From Macrostomum lignano (lineage: Eukaryota), in assembly GCA_002269645.1 (NCBI GenBank), contig NIVC01000787.1, positions 1 through 64,000 on the forward strand: a DNA stretch of 64,000 nt. Reading direction: 5' to 3'. The notes below the pieces were generated by a model. The model did no database searches. It worked only from the letters and a program-made list of their open reading frames with translations, and had not been told where the DNA came from. Made by a program: the position numbers and the translations under genes. Each line of letters opens with the position of its first letter. Position 1 is the stretch's first letter. Shown in pieces: positions 40,083 to 56,788 of the stretch.

Positions 40083-40495
40083 TGTAGAGGACCTGCAGTT
40101 GGTGGGCTCTATAGGTTCTTAGTTACAATAGCACTTGTGACGCCTTAGGCCGCTCAAAGCTGCACTGACGGACTGAATCGGTCAGTGCAATTGTTGGCAA
40201 CAATACCAATTGTTGGCAGGGGAGCTTGGGAAAGATTGGCCTCATGGGATTTAACTGTACAGTGTACTCTCCCATCTTCCAGTCTCACCTCATCCTATAT
40301 AGAGCCTCATCATTGGTATGGGTGCACACGTTTAAAGTTAAGACACGCAAGTCCGCGAGTCAGTCAGGCTTCATTAAAAACATTACTAGCTACTATAAAG
40401 CCAAGCTGGTACGCGGCTAGCTGACTGTATTGTATAGATGAGTGTAACGATAATTACATTGCGCATCTCTACTATCAATAGTTAAGTAGCCTACA
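40083..40495. mobile_element. Solo LTR (413 bp), TGTAG...CTACA termini, 4-bp TSD GTTG (Gypsy-like)
   Basis: gttg|TGTAG at 40079-40087 and CTACA|gttg at 40491-40499; TATATAG on the minus strand. Confidence 0.65.
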
Positions 40496-41311
40496 GTTGA
40501 TTTGTTACCGGACCAGCTCCCGGTAGATTAAGGCTTTTGTTGAACCAATCTAAAGAGATTGTGCAGTTGTTTCCGGGGTTGAAGGCGGAGAGGCGGAGGC
40601 GGAGGTAGAGGAAGACCAGACAATCTGTCTGGTCCGCCTCTTCTGTCAAGAGCAACGCCGCCAAGGTATTTAAACTCAAACTGAGCCAGAATTTCGACAT
40701 GACCAATCCGCAAGCAAGACCTGTCACTGACACTGATAACATCAACAATACTAGTAGCACTGGTTCGTTTCTGCAGTATCTAGTCGAGCTATTCGATTTT
40801 GAGGAGACCGGCCGGCTGTTAGCTGAGTGCGAAAGGCAGTGAGTAATAACAACATAAGGCTTGTCGTGTGTGTGCACAAAAACTGTTATTCATGCTTTTG
40901 ATACATTTAGGAGGCAGAAGTCCGAATGTTAATTTTTGTGCCGTGCGTTGCAAAAAAGGCACAACTCAGCTGAGAATGATATGTACTAAACAAATAAGAA
41001 GTCGACACGTTTCAGAGTGCGCAGTAAATTCTAGCTCAGCATTGTCTTTTAAGTGACGCAGAGCTGGGCTGGGTGAGGAGGGATTGGGAAGAGCGGAGGG
41101 CGAAGATCGGATCGATTGAAGCTTCCGCCCGGTTTTCATTGCTTTTTTCAAGCATTTTTTAATATCAGAATGGTTGGCCAGGTGAAAGACATTGGTCGAA
41201 AGACACTCCTTCTTTCCAAGAAACGTTATAGTCTCGCGCCCTTCTAGTTGAGTAGTCATTGATCTTTCTGCAAGTGGGTGCTAAAGAGAGTCGGCGGACT
41301 GAGTGCGTAAG

Positions 41312-42341
41312 ATGTTTCACTACAGACAACCAGTTGAACCTTCTGCACAAAAGTAGAAGACACGAAGTAGACAAGTGAATTTGCGGCATCAAAGTGTTTT
41401 GGGTGATTAAAAAAGTTCGAAAGTTTGAAATTTCACCCCGCAACAACCGCAGGCTGAGCACTGCCCGGCTGACTCTGCAGCTCAACGAAGAGGAGCGACG
41501 ACGAGCTGCCTGTCTCGGCAAGCTGCAGTACCTGCAGACCCGGCTGACAGCATTCGAGCAGAGGAATCAGCTTCATCAGCAACATACTGAGCCTTCGATA
41601 TCGGCTCAACCTCCAACGCCGTCTTCGTGTCAATCAACGCAAAAGCCGCAGCATCAGCAACAACCGGAGCTGCTGAGATCAGCCACAGGAATGCGCCTGA
41701 CTCCCAGCACGCATCTGCTAGCCCAGCAGGAGCGCGATCGGGATATTCAACAGCGCCGTCGTCGCCGGGTTGGTCGCCAGCTACCGTCGACGATGAGCGG
41801 CGCGCCGCTACTCGGCCGGTCGCTGCAGCAGGCGGCCGCCGCCGGCAGTGAGAGGTCGGCCAACTCAGCTGTCGAAGCTTCGCTGCCAGCACAGACTCCC
41901 GAGATCACTGCAAGCCGACAACAAGCTGCTCTGCCGCCTCCGGCACCGCCGCCTCCTCCTCCGGCAACAACGCCGCAACCGCCGCCGCTGCCAGAGTCAG
42001 TGACTCGATCTGCCGGCTTCTACAAGCTGGGCTTCGCGCCTGGTGAACGGGGCGCCGCGGCGCCGCCTCTCGACGGTCGGCTGGACGGCCAACGGGCCAG
42101 CCTGCAGCGACAGCGGCAACGGCATCGAAGGAACGGCGGGGACAGCGGCGGCGGCGGCGGCTTTTCCTATCTGGACGGTCAAGCGAAGCGATTCCTGAAG
42201 GTGACAGCCTCGTCATCGGGGCACCAGCATCAGCAGAGGCAGCCGCCGGATTCAATAGCCGTTCGGCTGGCAATGCGAGACTACGAGCGCACCTTTCTGC
42301 AGCCGAGGAATCCGGTCAACTCACCCGAACCGGACGCTTAA
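41312..42341 (+). CDS. Uncharacterised Q/P/R-rich protein, ~309 aa (probable 2 exons)
   Basis: Long GC-rich ORF 41394-42341; a plausible model is exon 41312-41352 joined in phase 2 to 41453-42341. No family recognised. Confidence 0.5.
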
Positions 42342-42909
42342 CGACACAGCATTGCTTGAATCATTTCGTATACGAGTATGTTTACCAATGGCCTTACTCT
42401 ACTTTTCAAAACAAAATAATAAATACAAAGAATAAACGAAGAAAACAATTCTCAATTAATATTTGACAGCTATTTGGAATCTGTAGCTGATTAATTATAC
42501 TCTGAATATATATTTAAGTATGAGCAGTACAAGCGTGTTAGAATTAGAAGATAGAAGAGAAGAGAAAAAGAATGAACTGTGTATTCAGTAATAAAAATTA
42601 GGCAAAACCAATTCAAATAATATACATCAGATGGCGGGAGCTTACTAGCTACTATTAGTAGAGCAAATTTGATAGCATAGTGTAAATATTGTGTCAAATA
42701 ATCGGTATCACTTTTAGATTTCAGTCTTTTTATAAGATATATAGAATTTTAGGTCAACCAGTGTCCAATTTTTGTTTTCGTCTTGCTTAATAACTGACGG
42801 CTTGAATGTACAGTCATTCAAATGTACATTCGCGGGGGTAGGAGTGAAGGAGAGTGGGATAGATGGGTAGAAAGTCAGAGAGCGAAGGCTCAGCCAATCA
42901 AAACGCGCC

Positions 42910-47969
<5,060 letters not shown>

Positions 47970-48463
47970 GAAGAGTTGATAATAGAATAAGGCACTGTAG
48001 TAGTTATAAAAAAATAATTGTAGGAAAGATGTATATTGAAAAGAACAGTTTTAAATTTGAACTTTGCTTTGTTGTTTAGGTTACTTTATTAGCTAGCTTA
48101 ATCGACTGATTGATTCTTGAAGCCTGGTGGTATCTCAAAGGATTAGGAAATATGCAACTCTAACGTTAATTTTTGCTTAGGGGTTGTGTGTGGTGGTTTC
48201 CTGGATTTAGTGAACCTTTAAAAAGGTAAAGAAACGTATTTTCCATCAAAAACTCGAATAAGCTAAAGCCGAGAAAATCAGAATTCACAGTTATATTTTC
48301 TAACTTGCAAAACAGTTATAACTACATAGGATTTATTACGTCTCGAAAGTCAAAACGTAGTTTTTTATACTGTTTGTCTTTCCATGGATCTCTATTTTAA
48401 AAAACCGAAACTTTTTGGCAATATATTTTTAGCCTGCCTGATTTGCCAAGCACTGCACTCACA

Positions 48464-49357
48464 ATGGACTCTACGTTGGGCAGTATGACCGTGCAGGCCC
48501 TCAAAGATGCCTTACGCGAGAAGGCCTTACCTACAAGTGGCAATAAAGAAGAGCTGATAGGCCGCCTGCTCGCTGCAAGCCAGGCCGAACGAGCTCCCAG
48601 CGATGACGACGGTGACGACGACCAGGACGAGGATGACGTGCGCCGGGCTGCGCCAGCGGAGGAGGCCACAGAAGCGCAGATTCGGCAGACTCAGAAGAGG
48701 ATCGAGCTGCTTAAACTGCAGAAGGCTGAGGCCCAGTTGCGGGATGAAGTGCAGTCGATCCGCAGTGGCGCCGCATCGCCCCCGCTGGCCAGAGGAGGGC
48801 CGGACATCTACGCCAGCCTGTTCGGGGACCAGAGCCGACAACCGAGGTTTGATTCGGCCGGAGCCCAGCGGCCCCCATCAGCGCTGCTCATCCCGGAATT
48901 TCTGGACGAGAAGCAGCAGTCGGGAGGATGGCTGACACAGGAACGTGGTCGCCTGACTCTGAAAGGCGCAACGCCGAGCCTGTCCGGAGTCAACTTCGGC
49001 CAGTGGGTGGCTGCCAACGCGCGGATCATGCAGCGACTGCTGGAGACCGGCCAGCTGGTGGCGCCCGGTACGGATGGACAGCCCGACTGCAAGAGTCTGA
49101 ACGCCTACCTCAACTTTAACATCCACATCGGCGAGCTGATCGACGCTGGCTACGACTGGAAGGTGGTGCTCCAGTACGACCAGGACATGAGGCTGCAGCA
49201 GCACTCGCGACAGCGCGACTGGGACAGCCCCGATCTGAACCTCATCATCAAGCATATGACGGCGCCCAAAAACCTGCGAGCTGCTGGCCCAGTCGCGGTC
49301 GGTCAAGGAGTCCAGGGTCACCGTAGCAGGGGCCAGCTAAAACGGCGACTTATCTGA
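48464..49357 (+). CDS. SAP-domain + DIRS/Ngaro gag(ORF1)-like protein, C-terminally truncated (~297 aa)
   Basis: SAP motif TVQALKDALREKALPTSGNKEELIGRL. The downstream GQWVAANARIM...YLNFNIHIGEL...WKVVLQYDQDMR...W pattern resembles ORF1 of tyrosine-recombinase retrotransposons. The ORF runs into a LINE RT fragment at ~49340. Confidence 0.6.
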   Translation: MDSTLGSMTVQALKDALREKALPTSGNKEELIGRLLAASQAERAPSDDDGDDDQDEDDVRRAAPAEEATEAQIRQTQKRIELLKLQKAEAQLRDEVQSIRSGAASPPLARGGPDIYASLFGDQSRQPRFDSAGAQRPPSALLIPEFLDEKQQSGGWLTQERGRLTLKGATPSLSGVNFGQWVAANARIMQRLLETGQLVAPGTDGQPDCKSLNAYLNFNIHIGELIDAGYDWKVVLQYDQDMRLQQHSRQRDWDSPDLNLIIKHMTAPKNLRAAGPVAVGQGVQGHRSRGQLKRRLI

Positions 49358-51169
49358 GCCCATCCCAATCAACAAAGGTGTACTTCAAGGTAACCCACTA
49401 TCTACCGTTCTCTTTGAGATCTATATCAATGACTTAGTTGAATACCTTGAAACCTCTACTTATCGAATTTTTTTCGTCGCACCCCCTTATCCACATACTA
49501 CTCTTCGCAGATGATCAAGCCATACTAAGCAAAAACAAAACTGACCTCCAACACATGTTCCGCACAATGGAAACCTACTGTAGACAGAACTACCTCAAAA
49601 TAAATGCCAGCAAAACAAAATACATGCAAGCCTGCAAGGGTAAAAACAAGCAAATGCAAAACGACACCGAAATTCTTTACGAAATGCAACAGATAGAAGA
49701 AGTAAATGAATTTAAATACCTGGGAATCATCTTTGAACCCAATAATAGTTTTAAAAAATGCATTGCTTATCAGATGAAACAAGGTAACTCCGCCATGTTT
49801 TCACTGCTACACAAAGTAAAAGACACCACGCTGGATATTATACTTATCAGTAGACTATTTAATTCTTTGGTCACACCAGTTATAACGTATGGTTGTGAAA
49901 TCTGGGGACCTCTAGCAACCTGTACTGAACTCAAGAACATCGACAAAATCCAAACAAATTTCTACAAATACCTCCTTAGCCTACCTAAAAGTACCTGCAA
50001 CTCTGTTTTATACGCAGAACTTAATTTAACACCTATCTCACTTACCATCTCGAACTTTTTTCTTACATACTGGCTCAAAATCAAACATAAAAAACTGAAT
50101 AGTACCACTATAGGCATCTTCGAATCAAACAACTGCCCAAACAACCCATGGAAAACCAACATCACTAAAAAACTACAAAACCTTGGTTTATCTCACCTGC
50201 TTAATTTACAAACATCGGACCCTGGTGACAGCTACAACAAAGATAAAACAACAATGACCACACAACTACTCATCTCCTGGGAGCGTGAACTCTTCAAAAA
50301 AATAGAAAACCACGCGAAAGTCATGCATTACAAAAATTGCTTCATCTATAAGAATATTTTCAAGCCTAACTTAAAAAACTACTTTCCCAGTATTTTTAGA
50401 AATAAAAAACTCCTAGAAATTCTGCTTAAGCTTAAAACTGAGTTCTTACCAAGCAAATACACCCAAGAAAAATGCAAACTTTGTGGCAGAGATTCAGGCA
50501 ATAATATCTTACACTATACAACTGAATGTGTCGGTATACTAGATGTCAGGAAAAAATACTTTAACCAAAGCCACCTGAGCACAAGACACTTTTACAGTTT
50601 AGGCTATGCTACAAACGAAAACAAAAATAAAAAAGATTTGCTAGCTATTGAGAAGATCTATAAACTCATAGCAAATCTCCCTCCTTAACCGACATGAAAA
50701 TTATAGAGAACACCATGTGTACCACGCTGTTGCTGACCGTCTTACACCAATTGAATCCCTGGTTACCTTGATACTCTACTTGCTATTCCCTCTTGCTACT
50801 ATGCATCTCTTGCTATTAAGTCCCTACCCCGAGTAAAATCGAGTAAACAATACCGGTGCAATCCATCCCGTATTACGCGTTTATTTATGTAAAAATTATC
50901 TTTTTCTAATCGCGCCTTATTTTTATTTAAGCACTCTATTTTTGGTTATTTATTTCTTACATATTTGCTTCAAAAATACCCTTCATATTTAATGCCTAAT
51001 AATTGCCAGCAATCCTTTCATCTGATTTTTTTGTCTGATTAATACATATAAACTTATTTTTATCACCTACGAATTCAAGTGACACCATACTTGTCTTTTA
51101 ATCCCTTACTTAAATACTTTTTGCTTTGTTTGCCGTTAAAGATTTTTGAAGTTTCGTAGAAAAAAAAAA
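49340..51169 (+). mobile_element. 5'-truncated non-LTR retrotransposon (RT C-terminal half + zinc knuckle, AT-rich), 3' UTR and possible poly(A)
   Basis: NGDLSEPIPINKGVLQGNPLSTVLFEIYINDL (frameshift) LLFADD..., KINASKTKYM, FKYLGI, YGCEIWG, CKLC..H..TEC; stop at 50688; A10 run at 51160-51169 (the 3' end is tentative). Confidence 0.85.
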
Positions 51170-51229
51170 TTGGCGCCCTTTCAAATACTATATTATTGTA
51201 AAACTCGCCGCACAGATCCCATTCTATCG

Positions 51230-51839
51230 AAATAATATTAATATTAAATACACTGACATATACTGGCCAAACAGGCTTCTTGCCTGAGCCAAATTACTAC
51301 TACTACTATATGTACAGTGCATCCACTTCCACGTGCACTCTTCAATAGCTTGATTTCGAGCTACACCAGAGTGCAATCCTCTCGCGATGTTACTGCCTTC
51401 GTCTTTTCTAAGACCTGCAGTTCGTGAACGAAAATTGCTTGTTGGGCACCGTTCAAACGCCCTTGGTGCTTTTGATGCACTACTTAGAAATGCATAGCAG
51501 CTGCCCAAGTGTGGCGCGCGGTCTGCCACAATAAACCACAATAATTGCTAGGTTTTTGTAGCGATTTTTCGGAGCTTCATGTCGCGTTGCACCATCTCAT
51601 GCGACACATGAACTTAAAATTCGAAAAGGGACATAACCCCGTCCTAGAACTGCAACTGCTGCAGATTCTACATGTACTCCGTGTAGCGATGCTTTCTGTA
51701 ATATTCCACCGGCTCCCGGGCGAACTCGTACGCTCCACTCCAGCATTCCAGGTGAGCCATCAGGGCCAGACTGCGGACAAAGGAAAACTTCCCCGCCCCG
51801 ATTAGACCTTCGATCACGTAAGTTCGAGTCTGAGGCCAT
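51230..51839 (-). pseudogene. Deoxynucleoside kinase (dNK/TK2/dGK family) pseudogene, intronless
   Basis: Frame from 51820: YVIEGLIGAGKFSFVRSL (P-loop), FAREPVEYY, IVADRAP..CYAF, then a shifted frame VHQKHQGRLNG...DCTLV*LEI. Several in-frame stops; the ATG at 51839 is out of frame by one base. Confidence 0.75.
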
Positions 51840-52577
51840 TTGCTGAAATGAATAATTAGACGGAATCAGCTGCTTGGGGAAAATGTTGGAAAACCTCCTG
51901 CAACACTTGCTTCAGTTCCTCGAGATTTTGAGGACCGCAGACTATAAATTTCCTACTAAAAACAGTTAGGTTCAGGAATAGCCTCGGGAATTGCACTGAA
52001 GCCTGCAGAGGAGATTGTCATAAGGAAATTTTCCTTATCCATGCTTAAACAATACAGCAGCTCTCCAACTTCAGTGTAGTATAGTACCCGAAAACAGGGA
52101 CTCCAGGAGAAGAGTGCGGACAGATGAACCTAGGCTTCCACCATAAGTGCTTGTCTACACACGTACAGACTCGTATCCATGCAAACCGGCAATAGCTCGG
52201 CATAGCTCGTTTATGAAGTACGCGGGCACCTTACTGCTTGGATTTTAGATTTGGCACCAAAAATTGTTACTCGGTCTCGGTCTCGGTCTCGGCTCAAACT
52301 TGATCAGTACACAACTGGCATCGAAGGACGCCCAGGATAGAGTTTTGCCTCCCGCCCCGCAAAAAGTATAGCTTAGACTTTAACGAGCTCCACGACATGT
52401 TGCAGCAGTCTCTGAATGAGACAAGGAACAGGAAAACACATTTCTTGATTTCTTCTTTTTTAACTCAATGAGATGTTCTAGGCGTTTATTTGATTTGCAG
52501 CAGTCGATGCACTCGAATCGTCCGGCACCCAGCTGGCAGTCCCGGTCGGCGCGGGCACTGCAGCTCGCGGGCCATAG

Positions 52578-52623
52578 CAGGGCCAACTAAAACTACCCTG
52601 GGTCAGGGTTTAAGTTGTCCCTG
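52578..52623. mobile_element. 46-bp minimal P-superfamily-like element (CAGGG termini)
   Basis: cagggccaactaaaac...gtttaagttgtccctg; flanks ggccatag/gaccatag (8-bp TSD, 7/8); ends nearly identical to the TIR tips of the 57956-60949 element. Confidence 0.7.
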
Positions 52624-53019
52624 GACCATAGTTGTCCCTCTTGACCGGCCGCGTAGACCCTCCGTTTGGCGGGAGACTATGCGGAACATCTGCATGTCGT
52701 ATACACGCCTTCCATCAGCACGGCAGAGCGAAGGGTGAACAACACCTTCCACTTGTCGTTGGCGCGAGGCGGATTAAACAGGCTGCCTGGAAGGTTATAG
52801 ATGGTAGAGTCCCGACCAATTGAACAGCTCCGGCAGCTGAGCCTCGCAGAAGACCTTGCCGAAGAGAATCCAATCCAAGCCAATCCTAAACAAAGAACTT
52901 CACTTTCGATATAAGCTTAGATGATAAGGGAGATGCAGCGGAGAGGATACACTCCGAAAACTTCGATATCTATTTTCTTCCTGTCTTTATATACTATCAT
53001 CTAAAATTTAATTCAAACT

Positions 53020-53747
53020 ATGAGCGACCAGCTGAATGATTTTTCACGCGCTGCCAGTGCTCCAAACGACCCCAGGCGGGGTCTCTCACGTTCGCGAAAT
53101 GTGAATGAAGACCACGACGATTATTTCTACGAGTTTTCGGATATCGAATACTTAAACGACCTATGACGCATCCCAAGAGATCAACCGACGAGTAAAGTTT
53201 GGCGCACGCTTGATTAATTTTTACACGTAGGTTAACCTGATTAAAATAAAAACATGATCAACTCCTGTGACTACCCACCGCGGATGTCACCCATCCTGAA
53301 CTGCGCGGCGGACATGGACGCTTGGCGCCGTGGGCGTGGGCGTGGGCAAGGGCGCTGTGGAACAATGGCGCCGTGGGCGGCGGCAACCATGGACGTGAGG
53401 TTAGCGTTGGCGCTGGATCCGCCGAGGGTGCTCATAGACGATCGAGAGATGAACCTTCTGCCCGGAGCGAGGGAGCTATGGGCGATGGCAATCATCCATG
53501 GTACCCTGAGCCTTATCCATGCAGCGTCTCGCCTTTACGGCGTTCATCGCCCCTTGATTGGCGCGGGCATGGACGAATCCGTAGAAATGGTGAGACCTGG
53601 ACAATCGTCGCTGAGGAGCCCCTCTACGAATTCTGGTACCCGCTAATATGCCTGGACCGTCTATTCGGCGGGCAGCTGCTGATGATCCGTCTGAATCGGG
53701 CCTCGGCGAATGATAAGACATGCACCGTTCATGCACCAACTCAGTAA
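53020..53747 (+). CDS. Two short intronless orphan ORFs (53020-53166, 48 aa; 53254-~53747, apparently frameshifted)
   Basis: Both ATGs follow A-rich leaders (ttcaaactATG, aataaaaacATG); no family recognised. Confidence 0.3.
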
Positions 53748-53984
53748 AATCAAAATCACTGCTCTCAGCATTATAATCGATTTAAGTCCAGTAATGGCGT
53801 GTGTGTCTGCGCGCAAATACGAGCGTAAATAATAAATACTCTGTGCTACGATCAGACGAGATCAGAATACAAGCGTTCTTTACATTATTTGTGCAATAAC
53901 CATGTTTCTATCTAACGTAAAGCAAGCTTGGAGATCGTCTAGGTCTTACACTAGAACTATTGAGGGAATTTAGCCCTTGCCTGC

Positions 53985-54235
53985 GGACCAGATGAGAGTG
54001 AAAAAGAAAGGGAATGGAAGACAAAAGATGAGAGAAGAGAGGAGAGGCGGGGAATGGTATGAAAGAAAAGATAAAAGAGGAGAGAAGACGGGAGAGAGGG
54101 CAGAGGGATCGAGAGAGAGAAGAGGAAAAGAGAGAGAAGAGAGGGGAGAGTGGAGAGAGAGGGGAGAGGGAAGAAGGGAGGAGAGAGAAAAGAGAGAGAG
54201 AGAGAGAGGAGAAAAAGATGAGCAGAGACACAAAC
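53985..54235. repeat. GA-rich polypurine low-complexity tract
   Basis: Almost entirely A/G on the + strand. Confidence 0.85.
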
Positions 54236-54589
54236 CTTGAGCGGGCCGGATTGCCATTGTGAAGTTTCAATAAAGGACCTGAGGGCCGGATAGAGAGGCT
54301 TCGAAGGCCGCGTATGGCCGGTGGACCGGAGTTTTGCCTTGATCGAGGCTATTAAAATTTGGTTTTATACAAAAATATACTTGATGAAAAATTATAAGTT
54401 TATTAAGCATGAGTATTAATAACTAATAAGGAAATGTAGACGTAGAACACCAAAAAGACAGACAATTAGAGATTGCATGGCACATTTGGCCGTATGAATA
54501 AAGTGAGTAGTTTCTCAAACTGCGAAAGTTCTAGCAATGTCCAACACTATTTTGGTTTCCGGAGTTATGTTGTTTCGTGTTTATGATAT

Positions 54590-54905
54590 TTCAGGTTTAT
54601 GATACTTCGGGTTTTTGATATTTCGGGTTTATTATACTTCGGGTTTGTGATATTTCGGGTTTGTGATATTTCGGGTTTATGATACTTCGGGTTTGTGATA
54701 TTTCGGGTTTATGATACTTCGGGCTTGTGATATTTCGGGTTTATGATATTTTGGGTTTATTATACTTCGGGTTTGTGATATTTCGGGTTTATGATACTTC
54801 GGGTTTGTGATATTTCGGGTTTGTGATATTTCGGGTTTATGATACTTCGGGTTTGTGATATTTCGGGTTTATGATATTTCGGGTCTGTGATATTTCGGGT
54901 TTGTG
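54590..54905. repeat. 16-bp minisatellite (gatatttcgggtttgt)
   Basis: About 19 tandem units. Confidence 0.9.
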
Positions 54906-55083
54906 ATGGCGACCCAAAATAACTGGAGGCTGGAACAGCTGATAATGGCTGCCAACCGAGTCTAAGTATAATAAATGAAATCCGGTCATAACGCTTTGTT
55001 TCCAACGGTGCACCGCGCGCGCTATGGCAAGACGGCCCGGACCGCCAGTGGTTGGGACTTCAGCGTGAAGAACATGCAATCAT

Positions 55084-55831
55084 TAGGCAATACCAGATTC
55101 CGAGTTTTGTCAATCCCGGGATCCCGGGACTTAAAAAGTTTCTAATCTTTGTTGGTGCAATTTGGGTTTACGAAGCCATCTAACCTGATTTTAATGGCTT
55201 TCAGTGATAAAAGTATAGAACAGAATAAAATATTTTGCCAACAAGAAACTGACAATGAGCCCTGAATTGGAGTGTGATTTACGGGCTAGCGTAACAGACG
55301 TGTTTTTTTACATGCCAGTATCAGCTCAGGAAAATCACACTTGATTGTGATTGTGATGTCACCTGGGGAATGACAGCCTACAGAGCTATGGCCCGAGGTA
55401 CTGAAGTACTCAACCTCCCAGGGGCACCTGCCCTAGATGGAGAATTATTGGTAGCTATTGGTTGTGGTCCGAATGCAAGGTCCCACTGTTCTAATCCCAA
55501 CTACGGCAAAGGAATTTTGAAGGTAGGGTCTGTTTAAAGTAGTTCTACGAGTACATTATTACACCTTAAATAAGCTCGTAACCTTGCAACCTGCGAACAG
55601 CTTCAGTGTTGTATCCCTGCAGCACTATAGCTTTCTACTCACTAGCCTACATGCTTAAATGATAAGAAATAAAATCAAACGAGAACAACTGGGTTAAGAT
55701 TTTGAGTTATCCCTCGATTTGATTATTGAGTTATTACAAAGCGAGATCGGGATCCCGATGGTCAATCCCGGGATTTTCGAATATCCTGGGGATTTTTAGG
55801 CCTTATCAAAATCCCGGGATTGTATTCCCTA
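55084..55831. mobile_element. hAT-like MITE (TAGG(G/C)AATAC TIR, subterminal atcccggga repeats), 8-bp TSD
   Basis: taggcaatac at 55084 and gtattcccta ending at 55831; flanks gcaatcat/gcaaacat (7/8). Confidence 0.7.
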
Positions 55832-56788
55832 GCAAACATAACTGATGCAGGCTGGGAGTTCCGACCCGATGAAAGAACAACGAGGAAAATAGTCGAAGCT
55901 CGAGGGGATTTCCCAGCATCGGAACACGCGCATTTAGGCAAAATGGCTGAACCTCAATTGAATTAACTAGCCATGCAAAAATTAGAAATCAAAGAGAATG
56001 TGACTGACCGCGACCGCGAGCCTAGCAAGAAAGTGGTGGGGACGAGGTTTGGAAATTTCTGAACATCAGATCAGGCGCTGGGGCAGGATGGAATGCGGTT
56101 GGGACTTCTTAGCGGAACGGCCGGAGGGAGAGAGCAAAGGCAACAATTGGAGAACACGAGCAAAACGTCCTACCGCTCCTACCGAACCAGGTTCGTAAAG
56201 TATGGGCAACTTACGATCGGCACGAGTATATTTGGAAACCATTCGAAAAACTATTTGGAAGAGTAAAAGGTAAACGAAGCGAAAGGAAAAAAGAAGTTGC
56301 AGAGATTGCGAGAAAGGGGGGCTAAAAGCAGGAAAAAAACGCACGCAAGCTGGCGAGGAGAGGCTGAGGCGGGCACAACCACAAGGGGCTAAAAAAGGCC
56401 CCACAGACACCCACCCCCGGACCAAGTACCCCCAAACAAGGGCGACGACAAGCCCCCCCCCCCGGCCCCGCTAACAGCGATTGGCCAGCCAATCTACACT
56501 TATTGGTTTCGCCATGCAAAAACAGGCTATGCGTAAAAAGCACTACTTAGGACAGCGTATACATTAAACATGGAATGTATTGGAGCACAATTCTAAATTA
56601 AAATCAAGTAAACCTTATGTAATTGACACTGCATTCATGTGTATAATTGGGAATCCGAGTGATTATTTTCATTTTTGTCTATGTCTAAATGACGACCACT
56701 TTCATTAGATAATACTACTGAATTAAAATATATATAGCGTGAATGATTTTTTACATATGCGTATTGAGAAGCCATAACTATAAATTGA

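Noticed and set aside
55990-56400. Possible coding remnant (…GEHEQNVLPLLPNQVRKVWATYDRHEYIWKPF…)
   Set aside because: Bounded by stops and not assignable to any family from the sequence alone.
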